A stretch of DNA of 63,921 nt, counting the filler, from Reticulomyxa filosa (lineage: Eukaryota > Protista > Foraminifera): assembly GCA_000512085.1 (NCBI GenBank). It is 13 parts of 13 records of this genome, joined end to end, with 100 filler letters (N's around TTAATTAATTAA, not from the genome) between each part and the next. Parts side by side here need not be neighbours in the genome. Positions count along the whole stretch, not along the records: positions 24,233 to 27,044 come from ASPP01006614.1; positions 27,145 to 33,772 come from ASPP01020146.1; positions 33,873 to 38,769 come from ASPP01027329.1; 10 more parts are not named here. One strand, written 5' to 3'. The notes under the pieces were generated by a model. The model did not search any database. It was not told the origin of the DNA and was given only the letters and a program-made list of their open reading frames with translations. Each line of letters opens with the position of its first letter. Positions within the stretch are counted from its first letter, which is position 1. Positions 24,880-36,800 of the stretch are shown here, piece after piece. A program made the translations under genes and the position numbers.

Positions 24880-26892
24880 TTACGAAGCAAGCTTTGACAA
24901 TGCCACTAAAAAATCGACTTTTTCAACAAAATTCAAACAGTCTAATTTCGACTGCATCTGATAATGATGGGTAACAATTTCTTCTTTGGAGCGATGAAAT
25001 GTCAATTTGCAATCTGTTGGTTCTTCAGATACCACTTGGATGGACAAAATATTTGAGATATCGATGGATGCATGCGCAATAGATCCCAATTTTTCCTTGA
25101 CATAGTCACTGAAAAGCCCAACGGAGTTCACACGCAAGGGATTCAAACCATCCAAAGTGGTGACAGCATACCGATTGATGCGATATCTGTCAACCCCGAG
25201 TATTCTTCTTTCTTCCATTCCAGATTTTTTTTTGTTGCAACGCCACTCGGTGTATTCATTTGCAAGCTTAACCAAAGGAAATTCAAGACCGTCTTGATAA
25301 TCAGAGTCACCCGAACGGAGGTGCTTTGGCAAAATTACCAGATCGGAATGCTCCAAATCCAACAATCTGGTGGTGATGCTGAGCGCTTTCCCATTTTGCG
25401 TCTCTCCTTGATAAAAAAATTCAAAATATTGTGGATGGAAGTAAGTTCCCTACGCATTTTTGTATCATTGAAAAAACTTTGTGAAGTCCACGGATACGTA
25501 TAGATTGATGATCATGCAAAAAAAAAAATTATGTGTAATATATTTTTCTGTAATAAGGATGTATTTTTGCCAAACTTGTTTCTTTTTGTTCAGCATATAA
25601 CATAAATCCCTCAAAGTTAAAGCGGTACGCTCGAAATCGATTGGTACCACATGGCTCTCAGTCAAAGGACCAGGAACATGAACTCGAAGCAATTTTTTCT
25701 CACCGCAGGTTGCTTCCAATTTTTTCAAACTTTGTGTTCGAAATTGAACCACGCCATGGTCACTACCACCTGTTTTATGAAATGAATGCTGTTGGGTGAG
25801 GACACTACTATAATCACTCAGACCGCCTTGCACTTGTCCTTGCTCTTTCTTTCGTTCGCGCAGACAAAGTGCAACGGTGTTGGTGCCAATATCAATGGCG
25901 TGTTGACTTTTACTGAACATTGGAACGTCTTTTTCAATCATATCGTCTTCCCATGGAAACATTTCGTAGTCGTCTTGGCTTTTGCCTTTCAATTTTTTGC
26001 GTGGATTATCACGTTGCCATTTTGCAATACACTTTTCCAAAAACACTCCGATCAAAATGTCACGGTTTTGTGATATATCAATTGTTATGGGATCTTCGTC
26101 GATAAATTCCTCAAAATGGACTTCAAATCGTGTCATGTGTGCATTTGTATGTTGTCTGTGGTTTCCAACTTGTAAGGGCTGCCATCGTATCCTTTCTTCA
26201 TCATATTCCTCCCCAAATCCACTTTCGCTACTGCCACTATCACCACTGTTCTTTGTCGCATGTCTCATTGTCTTCCTTTTGCCGTTTACAACTCCATTTG
26301 CATCGCCGTTAACATTCAATTCTGCAATGGACTCCAAATTTCTCTCTCTTCGACTACTTGTATTAGCTAGGGTGCGATTATGTGACGCTACTCTGTTCAA
26401 TCCACCAACTCTATTTTCATCGGACGTTTTCATCTCCCCGATCAATGAAGAAAGACCTGACTTTCGTCGTAGATTGGGTGGTGGACTCATCTCTTCTTTA
26501 TCAAATTGCAATGGAGTTATTCCTTTCTTTTTGCTATGAATGTAGTGTTCGCTTTTGTTTTGTATTTGCGTTTTCTTGCTTGTGTTCATTTGAGAGGGAT
26601 TACACGCTTGTTTTCTTTCACTGGATGAACTTTCTTCCACACCAAAGTTAGCTGAAAGGCCTTTATTGAGTTTTGTGTCTTGGCCACTTACTTGCTCATT
26701 ATCACTATTGTCACTGTTATATTCTAATTCCTCGGTTGACATTTTCTCAAATTTGTCCAGTCGTTGTGTGTGTTTACTTTCGTCGTTGTTATAATGATTC
26801 ATAGGATTATCTTCGTCACTTTCAACCATAGAAAGTGCTTCGCTTTTTTGAACTACAGAATGTTGAATTATTTCCTTCGATATTGCTATCAT
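24880..26892 (-). CDS. SIN1: TORC2 subunit SIN1/Avo1/MAPKAP1 homolog (CRIM, RBD, PH); 5' end uncertain
   Basis: CRIM-like (ILIGVFLEKCI...YEMFPWEDDMIEKDVPMF...VALC); ubiquitin-like RBD spanning a phase-0 intron 25575-25450; C-terminal PH (ERRILGVD...IDISNI...HHYQM...NFVEKVDFLV). Confidence 0.75.
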
Positions 26893-27044
26893 TTTAGCTA
26901 TTTTTTTAACTCTATCTAAAACGTTCCATGATTCACACTACCAAAATTTGAGGCCTCTGCCAATTTCACTATTTTGTTAATTTCGGATGAATTATATAGA
27001 TTATTGATTTTTTGGTACAATTTTAGTTAATTTACTTATCAATT

Positions 27045-27144
27045 NNNNNNNNNNNNNNNNNNNNNNNNNNNNNNNNNNNNNNNNNNNNTTAATTAATTAA
27101 NNNNNNNNNNNNNNNNNNNNNNNNNNNNNNNNNNNNNNNNNNNN
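27045..27144. other. Artificial contig spacer
   Basis: N44-TTAATTAATTAA-N44. Confidence 0.98.
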
Positions 27145-27630
27145 TCATGGGATAAAACCATTCGAATATGGGATATTGAAACAACCAAACAATTCAATGT
27201 ATTCAAAGGACATACAGATAATGTGATTAGTGTAAAATATGGATCAAATAAATTAGTGAATACAATATTATCTGGATCATGGGATACAAGTGTTCGTTTG
27301 TGGGATATTCGATCTGGTAAACAAACTCAAGTGTTTAATGGACATACAGATTATGTGTATGCTGTTGAATATTCACCATTCGTAATAAAGAATAGTAGTG
27401 ATAATTCACGTGTGATATGTTCTGGATCATGGGATAATACAATTCGTTTTTGGGACATTCGATCAAATAAAAATGAACTGTATGCGATAAAATTAGATGG
27501 ACGAGTAATCTGTCTTAAATTTATGGAATTGAAAAAGAAAGTAAATAACAATGAACAAAAATTAAACAGTAATATTTATGTGAATTTATGTTATGGTTTA
27601 AGCAGTGGTTTAATTTGTGTTTGGGGATAA
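27145..27630 (+). CDS. WD40-repeat protein, 3' portion (5'-truncated)
   Basis: Open from the contig start: SWDKTIRIWD...GHTD...SGSWDTSVRLWD...SGSWDNTIRFWD. Confidence 0.85.
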   Translation, partial: SWDKTIRIWDIETTKQFNVFKGHTDNVISVKYGSNKLVNTILSGSWDTSVRLWDIRSGKQTQVFNGHTDYVYAVEYSPFVIKNSSDNSRVICSGSWDNTIRFWDIRSNKNELYAIKLDGRVICLKFMELKKKVNNNEQKLNSNIYVNLCYGLSSGLICVWG

Positions 27631-27789
27631 ATACATTAATAAGAGGTTGTTTTCATTTACATCAAGTAAGTAAAAAGAGAAGTATTAAATTTGGATGAAT
27701 GGAAGACTTTACTTCAATTTTACACCAAAGAAAAAAAAATCAAAAGTTTTATAAAGAAATATTACATGTGGAAATTGCATTCAAATTCA

Positions 27790-28060
27790 TGATTCAATTC
27801 TTTTTGAAATAGTTTTGAAATGTCATCAATTTGTTTTCTCGAATTAAAGCAATTCGATAATTAGTATTCCATCCACCAAAGAACAAAATGACATCATTGA
27901 TATACGCATATATATCTAAATAATGGTGAAATATCATTACAAACAGAAATTTGATGAAATAGAAAAGTGTTGTTATTTTCATCATATTCAATTGATAATC
28001 TGTGCTATTTTTTTAAATAACGGCATTTGATAATTTATTTATTTATTTCTTGATTGGTTT
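27790..28060 (-). pseudogene. Kelch-family relic (C-terminal part)
   Basis: YAYINDVILFFGGW...ENKLMTFQN matches the Kelch paralog at 29810-29950. Confidence 0.6.
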
Positions 28061-28541
28061 TTATCATTTCTATCTATTTTTGGACTTTGACACAAAGCAA
28101 GCAAATTGAAAAAAAAATCTAAACTTCTATTTTATTGAATGAAAATAAAAAATTTTGGCTGAAAGGTGTGATAGATATTGAAGTAATATTATTTTAAAAA
28201 TTCGATTATGTCCATTCATTAAGTTATTGGAAACAAGACATTTTTAATAAAGACAAATGAGATATTCACAAAGTTCTTTACAAAATAAGGTTGTGGACTG
28301 TATTATTGTTTTGTTGTGACATATCTATTTAAAAAATTGGTAAAAATTGATTCAATAAGGGAATCAATGCTTTTATCCATAATCTTAAAACACTCAAACT
28401 TGTCATTTTTTTTTTTTTACAAAAAAAAGATGTGCAATTTTTCAAGAAAAAGGTGTTATGCGCACAATACAAGAAAAGAAAAAGAACAACATTTGGAACA
28501 CAATCATTTTTTTTAAAAAAATAATTTTATTACTTTTATGA

Positions 28542-30872
28542 TTATAATAATCCCCAGATTTGAATTTTACAATCACTAGAGCCTGATATAATTTTATTCC
28601 CATTTTGAGAAACATCCACACATTTCATATAACCAGAATTTCCGTTCAATGTTTGTATTCTCTTCCCTGATTCTACGTTCCACAATCGAATTGTTCCATC
28701 TCTTGAACATGATACAATTGTCTGACTATCTGGAAAATATTGTATATCATCCACAATATCTTCATGTTCTAATATTTTCAATATTATTCCTGTTTCAATA
28801 TCCCATATTTGAACCGTATTATCAAATGAACAGGATACAATACATTTGCTATCTGGAGAAAATCTTGCACGTGCTACAATATCAGAATGTCCTTTGAATT
28901 GTTTCAATATTTCACCAGATTCTACGTTCCACAGATTAATTGTTTTATCATATGATGAAGATACAATCGTTTTACCATCTGGTGAAAATTTTGTACTCAA
29001 TACACGTCCTGAATGTCCAAATAATTGATTGATTTCTGTTCCAGAATCTACATCCCATAATATTATTGTTTTATCTCTCAAACCTGATACAATATATCTT
29101 CCATCTGGAGAAAAATCCACATCAAATATATCACAATAATTTATTTCTAAGTTCATTATTTCAGTTCCTGTATTAACATCCCATAATCGAATTGTTCCGT
29201 CACTTGAACATGAAACTACAGTATTCCCATCTGGTGAAAATTTTGCAGTAAAGACATCACTAGTATGTCCTATGAAAATTTGAAGTTGTTTTCCCGATGA
29301 AACATCCCATATTCGAACAGTCTGATCACATGATGCTGAGACAATCTTGCGACAATCTGCAGAAAATCTTACACCGCTAACTTCTTGGTCATGTCCTTGT
29401 AAAACCATTAATACTTGATAACCTTTTACCTATTTTAAAATGTGAATTATATAATAACAATCATTTATATACAAAAAAAAATATTACTTAACATAATTGA
29501 TAACAATTTTGTTAAATTCATTGATCCATCCTAATTTTATCTTTAAAACTCGAATCCAATATTGAATAATAAATTTTATTTTATTTGTTGACTGTTCATT
29601 ATTTATTATTTAATTTAATATAATTTATTTCTACTTGATCATCAAAAAAAATAAACAAATCATTACCAACTGCGAAGCATCCCATACATACACTTTTGCA
29701 TTTATGTGAGTTGATACTGTTGTATTTTTATCATTATTTCCTCCAATGATGTGTATATTATTATCACTCAGTATTGCGACACAATTTAATAATGGATTAT
29801 GTAAAGTGTTTTGAAATGTCATCCATTTATCTTCTTTAATTAAATACTTGTGCACTGATTTTGAAAAAATCCATTTATCACCATTCCAACCATATCCACC
29901 AAAGAATAAGATAACACCATTGATACACACATATGCATATTTATGGAATGGTGCAATATCATTACAAATACGTAATGTATAAAATCGAAAAGTGTTTTGA
30001 TATTCACAATATTTAATTGATAATCCTGTATTTTTACAAAACAACAGCATTTCATAATTTTGTTCATTTGTTTCTATCATTTCTTGTCCTTGTATATTTT
30101 CTGAATTTAATATAAAGCAATGATGCCATATTTGATTACTAGCTGGTAAAATATCATGGTCAATAAATTGAAATTTATTTAAATCATATACACTAATATT
30201 CTTTGGTTGATAAGTGATAAATAATAAATGATTGTTTCTTCCACCAATTACTGCACGCACTCCTTCATAATTGTGATTTTGCTTTCTTCCAATGATAATT
30301 GGGCGATTGTAATTTTTTTTTCTTCCAAAGATAATTGAACGATTGTGATTCTTTGTGAAAGGAATCCATTTATTGTAATTGTTCAATTTATTTGATTCGT
30401 TTGATTTTATTTCATTGTCATTATCATTCCAAACACTTACATATGTCATCACCAATGTATGTCTTTTTGTATATTGAGATCCACCAAAAGACAATAAAGT
30501 TATTTCATTATTATAATTGTTATTGCTATTATCTTCTAGTTTTACTACGCAGTGTCCATTTAATGTAACATCACTTGGATACTTACAGATAAATTTATAT
30601 TCATTTTTAAGTTTATGATAAGAATAACAAGATCTTTTGTTCCAACCTCCACAAATGAGGAGTTCGTTTTTGTTTAGCACACATTGAGATAAGACAAGTG
30701 GAATAGGCAACTCCTTCAAATTTTGAAAGGAAGTCAAACGAGTGAGATATGGAATTTGTTCTTGTGAATAGTACCGTAAAATCCAATCTTTAGAGCAGGA
30801 CTGCTCAAATGAAAGCAAAGTTGATTCAGTTTTTACTTCAGCGTTTAAGTTTTCTTCAGTTGTTTGCTTCAT
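28542..30872 (-). CDS. Kelch-propeller + 7xWD40-propeller fusion protein (3 exons, about 730 aa)
   Basis: Exons 30872-29667, 29591-29493 (99 nt) and 29429-28542 join in phase 0 with GT-AG. Kelch GG motifs (ICGG, SFGG, VIGG, FFGG, IIGG), then seven GH...WD repeats. The N-terminus carries a remnant (SFEQSCSKDWIL) of the RING/TRAF leader seen near 7480. Confidence 0.8.
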
Positions 30873-30986
30873 TATCTTTTTTTTTGCTTTATTAATAACT
30901 TCGAAACAAGTTTTTTATCAAAAAAAACTTTTTTTAGTTTTTCAAAATTGGACACATATTCTTATCCTGACTTTATGTCCATATAA

Positions 30987-31130
30987 TACAGTAGAATGTA
31001 AAAGAAAGTTGATGCCTAAAATGGCACATTATAGAAATGATTAATTTTCTTCATGAAAAAACAACACCAGACATAATTTTTTTTTATTTAAAAAAAATAT
31101 CTTCGAATCGTGTAATTTTAAATATCATTT
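30987..31130 (+). mobile_element. Tc1/mariner-like TIR/left end copy
   Basis: TA|CAGTAGAATGTAAAAGAAAGTTGATGCCTAAAATGGCAC...TTTTCTTCATGAAAAA, collinear with 23420-23550. Confidence 0.6.
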
Positions 31131-31379
31131 TGAATTTAGTTTTTTATTAAATCTTTCATAATTGTTTAAGAAATTTGAATAAGTAAAATTTTTTTTACTG
31201 AAAATTACAATTTGATTACATCATCTTTTGCATTGTATACTGCTTGTGTTCGCTCTTGCATTGATTTTATTAAGTTTATGTATGTTTTTTTGTCAATTTT
31301 TTTCAATCTAATATCAACCACTATTTTATCCAAATGAATTATTTTTTTCTTTAAGAAAAAATAATGGAAATTTACGCAA

Positions 31380-33300
31380 ATCGACCAATGCCCATTGAAC
31401 GAAGGTTCAATTCTTTGACTGCATCACCATTCTTCTTGCTTTGGCTTTGCAAATACCACAAGCCACTATCTGTTTTTTCTCTTTTCCACCTATATGTAAT
31501 TATGTTATTGTTTTCAAGTATTTTTTTTTAACAAGTCAAAATGAAACAAACACAAATATCTTTTTACTTAACTAGTAATTATTTGAACAACTAGACAGCT
31601 CCAACTAAAATAAAAACACTTACATTTTATTATTTTTCTTCTTTTTTTTTTTTTATACTTCTTTTTACTTTTTTTTTCCATATTATTATTATCTTTTTTG
31701 TCATTTTTTTCTTCAATAATACAAATTTTTCTAATTTTTTTCTTTTTTACTATCTTTTTTTCATTTCACTTCTTTTTTTCTGTGACCCTATTTTTTCTCT
31801 TTTTTCAATTCCTTTCTTTTTTTCAATTCTCCTTTTTTTTCAGTTCCACCTTTTTTTTTCAATTCCTTCTTTTTTATCACTTATCCCTTACCATTTTTCC
31901 ATATCTCCCTTTCAACAAGTTCATTTTTTTTATAAAAAAATTTCTTTGGATCTCTTTTGCACCTACAAATCACACAAGCAAAATTATTTTTATATTATTA
32001 ATGACATCAAAAAGAATATACTTAACTTTATGACTGTAGTTCGATCTGCAAATTTTTTTCTATAGAAAAACACTAACACTATTTTTTGTTTATTTGTAAA
32101 GTGAATGGAAAAAAAATATAAATATAATTTTTTTTCTTTGACAGGGGGAATTCCTATTTATCACAAACACACATAATCACATTATTTTTACAACAGAAAA
32201 ATAATCAAATAAACATATCAAACCGTTATGAGTCCTTTCGGGTGCAGGGTTGGACTTCAACCCCATTTATTTTTCTTTTGTGTGTATAGTAGTAAAAAAA
32301 ATAACGGTGTTCTTGTTGGTAATTCCTATACACGATACATACAATATTTGAATATTTTTTAAAAATAAGACAAAACAAACAAATAATGTCTGCTCCTTTC
32401 GGAGACGGGGGGTGGCTTCAGCCTATTTATCTTTCGTCATCGTCTTGTCGTCATTGTTGCCTATTTTTTTTCATATAAATCACGTATACGAAATTAAAAT
32501 CATAAATTATTTTTGACAATTTTTTAAAACGAAAATTCTACAAAAAACATAAACATATACGTATATCAATAAAATTATTATACTTATATCAATTTGTTAT
32601 GTATGAGTTTGTTGTGCTTGTTGACCATTGTTTGTTGTCGCAGCTGCAGTCGTAGCTATTATCGGCCCTATCATCTACATGTGCTTGCCATTATGTGTGC
32701 CAATATAGCATAACATATTCAATACTTTAATTCAATGCCATCACCTGCAACCGGACTATCAATCATCTGAGGCATTAGTGTGCATGAATGTAGTGTTGCA
32801 TTCACACCTGGCGTTTGCCAACATGCCACATGACTCTTGATGGCCAGTTGAGGCTTTTGTCAATATTGTCTGTTGTATATATTTTTTTTTAATGTGTGTG
32901 GAATTAAAAACACATTATTGTTGTCAAGTTTTTTTCAATAAATCTACATCTATTCTAATTTATTTTTTTAGTTGAAAGAAAGACATAACGAAATTGACAA
33001 ACACCTTCATTTTTTTGCAATGCACTTGATTATGCTTGCACAAAGTTGGAGGGCCAATTTGTACGATGTTATGTGACCAGTATATGTGCCCATTCCATCT
33101 TTTTCTTGACACTTTTCCAACACTGATATGTTGTACACTGTGTTTTGCAACTTGTCTGCATTTATCCAATTTGCCACTTGTCCGTTTCTTTAAATAAACT
33201 CCAGTACACCAGTGTTTGACACACTTCACTTTTTTTTTGGACACTTGCGACCTTGTAGAACGAAAAACCTTGGATTATCTTCAAGGCAGTGGGGATTTGA
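31380..33300 (-). pseudogene. Decayed multi-exon gene-family copy
   Basis: Small exon-like blocks (EATPRLRKEQTL; GVEVQP; GIPP) between GT-AG-like boundaries; collinear with 36190-37140; stops and A-rich drift. Confidence 0.55.
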
Positions 33301-33772
33301 ATTTTTCATGTTGTGATTTTGGTTGGAACGCAATGAGCTGCACTATTTGAACTTTGTAAGATTTTGCAGGACAACAATTTTAAAAGGTACGATTATATAC
33401 CTTTGCATGCATGAGTTATGTACGCGTTTGCTGGTGTTTAATTCACCCAATAATTTGTGAAAGATAACGCAAATATATATATATTAATATTTAATTAAAA
33501 AAGAGTTAATAAAAAAACAGTCAACAAAATTATCTTCAATCCAAAAAAAAAATGAAAACTACAATTTATCAAAAAAATAGGACGATTATGATGACAAATC
33601 AATACAAGTGGGAGGTGCTTAAAAAGGGATTTGTTCTATTTTTATATATTTTTTGTTGTCAATTCTGTTCTAAAAACAAGAGGCTAATCTTTTGTTCCTT
33701 TGTGCTACTGCTTTCACAATTTACTTGTCTGTTTGTATAAGTAAATATGTAAGTTAGTTGTTTAAGTGTCAC

Positions 33773-33872
33773 NNNNNNNNNNNNNNNNNNNNNNNNNNNN
33801 NNNNNNNNNNNNNNNNTTAATTAATTAANNNNNNNNNNNNNNNNNNNNNNNNNNNNNNNNNNNNNNNNNNNN
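33773..33872. other. Artificial contig spacer
   Basis: N44-TTAATTAATTAA-N44. Confidence 0.98.
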
Positions 33873-33899
33873 TGAACATATGTGTATGTTATACCGCTT

Positions 33900-36800
33900 T
33901 GATGAATTAATTGTTATTAATTGTTGAGTTCATCTTGTTTGCCGGACGTTACTATTGATCACATTGTTAATTATATTCACACCCATTTTCCGTGGCGCCT
34001 TTATCGATGACATCAACGAATTGGAAGATGTGTTAATAATTTGCTTGGTAGAAACACGATTTGAAGAAGATATAATTTGACAAGTTCGAATGCGCACAAA
34101 TAGTTCTATTACCATCTGTTGTCGAGGATATATACACCCAATGCTCCCAGCAACCTGGCTTTTCCATCTGTGTTATGACCATTTTCTGTTATGTTGATAG
34201 ACAGACAAACTATGTGAACTGCGCTGCAATATCACACAACTCGCTATTTGTTCAAATGAAAAACATAGAGCCATAAAAATACCATTGACTTCAAAGTTTA
34301 ATTTCAAAATACCACAACTGTCATTGTTTCAGCCACCTTTACAGTGCAGTGTAAATATTGTGCTCAGCGAGATTGAGTTATATGAAATTTAGTCTTGTAT
34401 TATTTGTTTGTGTTGAATGAAATTGTCTTGTCTTCTTAACTATGACAAGAATTATCATCTCGTATTTTACATCATCGGAGAGAGCTTTGTTGAAGAAGAT
34501 ACATGTATGTGCATGCACATTTGAGTGTGTTGCTGCTGTAGCAGAATTACTCCTTGTTGATATACTGCAACTTCACATCTCAAATGCAAATGAACGTATT
34601 GACCATGGCGATTTTCAACTGTGTGTCAGCTGATGGTGCACTAGCTTTGTCCATTGTCTCACGAATTATGATGATATCTTGCTCGTTTTAATAAAACTTC
34701 TTTTTTTTTTTACTATACAATTTATTTATTCAAATGGCAGAATCAATCGCTTATCAGCAATTCGTTTGCGCTTTCGCATTCTTTGGATTGCTTGTCGTCA
34801 TTTGATGCTGCTGCTGCTCTTTTATTTTGCACTTTTGTTTTGATTTCGTTTTCTTGTTCTTGTTTTCTTTATCTTTCTTTTTGTTGGCTTCATTGATCCC
34901 ACCTTTTTGCTGGCTTGTCAGTCTTCTCTTTCAATAGTGATTATTTCTTTCTAATTATTCGAGTGATAGTGTTTGCAAACTTGCGTTGTTTTTGCTTTTG
35001 AAAAAGGGAAATGGATGAGTAAATTTTGTATTCATTCCTTGTGCCTTGATCCTCGTCGCTATTGTCTTTCTGTTGTTGCTGATGATACTGTCGGGCTTTT
35101 GTTTTCTTAGTTTTTTCCTCTTTGACTCAGCGCATTACATTCGTTGTTGGATGCGAATGCGAAAAGACGCTTGCACCAGCGGACGGAATACGTTCAAATG
35201 ATAAACAAACTAGTGGCCAGCTTGACGGCACAAACAAGTTGTTCACAAGCATGCCAATTTGCAGATACATGCTACTTTCTTCGCTTGATTTGTTCGTTCA
35301 CGTACATTTTGTCCACTTTTATATACATACATATACATATGCATACGTATATGTAAACATATATGTATGTCATACCACTTTGATTGTTGACGTCCATATT
35401 TACAACAAATTTATAAGTGCAACTGACAACTGCACCAGAATACTATAAAAATTGATTATTTACAGTTTCATGACGACTTGCTCAAGATTTAGATTGCCAA
35501 GTTATTGAATAAGCTCACAATCTATTTGTTCGCTGCGGATGCTTCTAACACACCATTCAAGTGGTTAAGTCAATGGAACACGTGCTTTGAATAAATCGTT
35601 AACAGCTGTCATCTGGCACAATATCCTTTGAATACAATATTATTTATTGATATCTTGGAATTATTGTCAAAGCCACACGAGGAAGACGTGGAGATATTTC
35701 AGCTTGGCTTTTCCACACGTGTTAAAGCTACTTTCTGTTGTGTCAATAGACAGACAAACCGCGTGAGTTGTATTGCAATATAACATCACTCGCTATTGGT
35801 TCAAATGAAAAACAAACAGTCGCAAAAATACCATTGACTTCAAAGTTTATTTTGAAAATACTACAACTAACAATTATGTTTGGCAGGACAAGATTGAACG
35901 ATACGTAATTGGTCTTGCATTATTTGTCCCCAACAATAACAACGATTGCACACTTATGTTTCAAGAATGATATCCTGATGTAACATAAACATATCCAGAA
36001 GCTGTAAATTTTTTATGTTATGTTGATCCTTCGCCCGAACTTGCTAAGTACGTTTCAACGTCGCTTGATTGCCATCGCATGACTCCAACTTCTTTCGCTG
36101 CGACTATTCTATTTATATGATGTTATACTTATGTTTTTAAGTTGATTTTTTTAAATAAACAAACATAAAAAAAAGGAATACAACTTAACTTTCCACTCTG
36201 GAGCATAACTCCAACAAAATAAAAATAAAAATAATTATAATAATTTTTTTTTTCTCATTATTCTTTTTTTTCTTCTATCATTATTTTTTTCTTTTTCAAC
36301 TTAATATTTTTATCTTTTTTTTTCCTTTTTATTTTTTCTTAATAAAATATTTCATTTTCTTTTTATCTCCTTTTTTTTCTTTTTCTTTTATTATCATCTT
36401 TTTTATTATTATTATTATATTTTTTTATTCAACCCTTTTCCTCCATCTTCCCCTTATTTTTTTTCAAATTATTTTTAAAAATATATATGTTCTGGACCCT
36501 GCACGATATCTATATGCACACATACACACAAAGTTATATTTAATTTTTCAAAAAACAAATTAAAAAATACATACCTGGACGATGGAGCTCGATCTCCAAT
36601 TCCCATTTTTTTCCTTTTAAAAAAACACTAACAATAACTTTTTTTTTGTTTTAGGGAGGGACAAATAAAAAAACCAAAAACAAATAAAAAATATATATTT
36701 CTTTTTCTTTGAAGGGGGAATTCCTATTTTATAACACACAATCAACCACATTATATAACAATAGAAAAATAAACATATAAACACAAACCTTTTTTTCATT

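Noticed and set aside
31698-32033. Phe-rich membrane-protein ORF (likewise 51932-52405 and 51973-52317)
   Set aside because: Antisense shadows of A/G-rich low-complexity tracts on the minus strand
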